A DNA stretch of 63,668 nucleotides, filler included, from Atractiella rhizophila (Eukaryota), in the NCBI GenBank assembly GCA_021432655.1. It is 7 parts of 6 records of this genome, joined end to end, with 100 filler letters (N's around TTAATTAATTAA, not from the genome) between each part and the next. Parts side by side here need not be neighbours in the genome. Positions count along the whole stretch, not along the records: positions 53,045 to 63,668 come from MU272065.1; 6 more parts are not named here. One strand, 5' to 3'. Below are positions 61,757 through 63,668 of the stretch, in pieces (position 1 is the first letter of the stretch; each line of letters opens with the position of its first letter). The notes under the pieces were generated by a model. It saw nothing but the letters and a program-made list of their open reading frames with translations, was not told where the DNA came from and did no database searches. Position numbers and translations under genes: made by a program.

Positions 61757-63668
61757 TTAAGTTCCTCCACCGCTTCGCTCGACAGGAATCCGCTTTCCAA
61801 ACCACTGCTGCTTCTTGTCCTTCTCATCCGAGCTTGGGTCCGGTGTCGAATCATCTGTTTTGTAGTCCTTCATAAGGCGTGAGAACGCGCTGTGAAGATG
61901 CACTTCCTTCACTCCAGCAGCAATATCCAAGAAGCTAAGCGACTTCGTTAGAAGCATACTCTCCAACGAAATACGGCTCACTCTTTGAACTGAAGAGTAC
62001 CTTCACTTCGACCAGCAACCTCCTTGATGATATTCTCCAGCTTTTCCTAATGCAGCCCATCAGTACCTATTGCGGAAAGGATAATAACCGCTTACTTTCG
62101 TCAAGTCAGTGAATCCCATGCGGCTCATCACCTTCTCAAGATCCTTTGTGCTAATTCGGCCATCGTTATCCACATCGAAGTCCTTGAACTTTCGGACGAG
62201 ATATTCCATCTCGTCATGACTGAACAACGCTCTGCTGATGCTCAAGTTCTGCTCAGTGACCGTCTTCTTCCAGCTCCCCGACTTGACTTGATCGTAAGTT
62301 ACATTCTGGAGAGAGGTCGGCAATCCCATGGATTGTAAGAAATCGCGAGAATCTTCGAATTCCTTACGTTGGCGCTTCTTGTCCCATCCAAGCTCGCCTG
62401 CCATGACTTCGATCACAGTTGGCAGAGCTTCAAGCGCGGCTTGAACGTTCAGGAAGGAGAGACGAGTACGACGCGCAATGATGTCAGTGGCAGTAGCGGC
62501 AAATTCTCTCCGAACGGCGTAGATAATTTCTTCAATAAGGAAGGGATAATTGGGATCTATCCTCGTCCCATGGACGGGCCATCGCTTTCCAGTTGGATTG
62601 GCCATAGAGCAAACTGTCCAGGCTCGATCCCCATAAGTGTCAGCCAGATGTTTGGCTACTTCTGTTTCGAGACCGAACTGTTGAATAAGCTTGATATACA
62701 TCAGCTTCGACCATCCATGTGATCCTAGCAGTTGGATCTCCTTCGTCTGACAGGAACGCTGAGCCTCGAGCTTGAAGGCTTTGAGTGCTGCATCCACCGT
62801 CTCCTCCGACATCTCTCGGTACGTCGTCCACTTCCCTCCCGCGATGGTGAGAAGGCCTGATGGTGACAGGTTGATCATATGGTTTCTGACCAAGGATTCT
62901 GTATTTTTCGCGTCTGGGTCACGAACTAAAGGTCGAATACCGCTCCAAGCACTGAGGATATCGCCTTTCCTGACCTTGATATCGGGACTGAGGTAATGTT
63001 TGACCTCGTCAAGGATCCAGTCGACCTCTTTCTCTTGAGGTATAGGATGTTGTTCCACAGTCGTCAGAGCATCCGTCGTGCCTGCGATTGTGTTCCCCAG
63101 CCAAGGCAGAAAGAAGATAACGCGTCCGTCCGAGGTCGAAGGATCCAAGAGACCCATTTTCCCAGGGGAATAGTAGTTGGGCAGAGTGATGTGAACACCA
63201 CTCGAGGGAGCAACAATCTCCATGCAGGACGGGTCATCCATCTTTCGGACGCCGTCTGAAAACGGTCCAGTCGCATTGATAATACCCTATCAACTCATGA
63301 GTGGGCGATGTGATGCAGATTCGTACTCACTTTTGCCTTGACATCCCACTCTTCGCCTGTAAACACATCCCTCACTCGAGCGCCACATAATTTAAGCTCG
63401 CCCACTTCATTGGGTTTCTTGTGCAGCTGAACGACTTCGCAGTGATTGACGGCTACGGCGCCATGATGGATAGCAGTCGAAACGAGAGCCATATTCATGC
63501 GAGAGTCGTTATGTTGACCTAGATGAAGTTGGATTAGTTGAATAACTCAAGTTAGAGGACAGCCGCACCATCATAATAAACCAAAGCTCCCACCAAGCTA
63601 TCCTTCTTTAACATAGGAAACTGCTCCAAAGCTCGTGATTTTGAAAGAAAATAGGATGATTGCATGTT
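61757..63668 (-). CDS. GUT2: Mitochondrial FAD glycerol-3-phosphate dehydrogenase with EF-hand tail, 5'-truncated
   Basis: YYDGQHNDSRMN, INATGPFSD, SSGVHITLP, DGRVIFFLPW, SAWSGIRPL, IAGGKWTTYR, ARRTRLSFL, DVDNDGRIS. Confidence 0.96.

Overview
Intron-rich fungal genomic DNA, probably basidiomycete (short ~45-60 nt GT-AG introns; DUF6533-type and Crinkler-like genes). The window is not one locus. It is seven contigs joined by artificial 100-nt N44-TTAATTAATTAA-N44 linkers, plus three internal N gaps. Recognisable genes: MEMO1/MHO1, CTR9, VPS18, GCV3, adenylate kinase, an HMG-box gene, RPT4, a PEX11-like gene, two Pcl-type cyclins, a CCHC zinc-knuckle protein, a hotdog thioesterase, a C2H2 transcription factor and GUT2. 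Most striking: two ~2.3-kb segments (34101-36427 and 46185-48512) are written backwards without being complemented, so six-frame ORF finding cannot read them. Un-reversing the first restores an AT-hook/six-zinc-finger gene. Un-reversing the second restores the start codon of a Crinkler-nuclease-kinase gene and shows that this gene sits in a ~3.5-kb block whose empty site is also in the window. Also present: a ~2.5-kb inverted repeat with variable-copy 161-bp tandem units behind a transposase-like gene, a decaying element-cargo region, and ~1-kb first introns in both genes of the divergent MEMO1/CTR9 pair. Exon boundaries were inferred by eye and no database searches were run.
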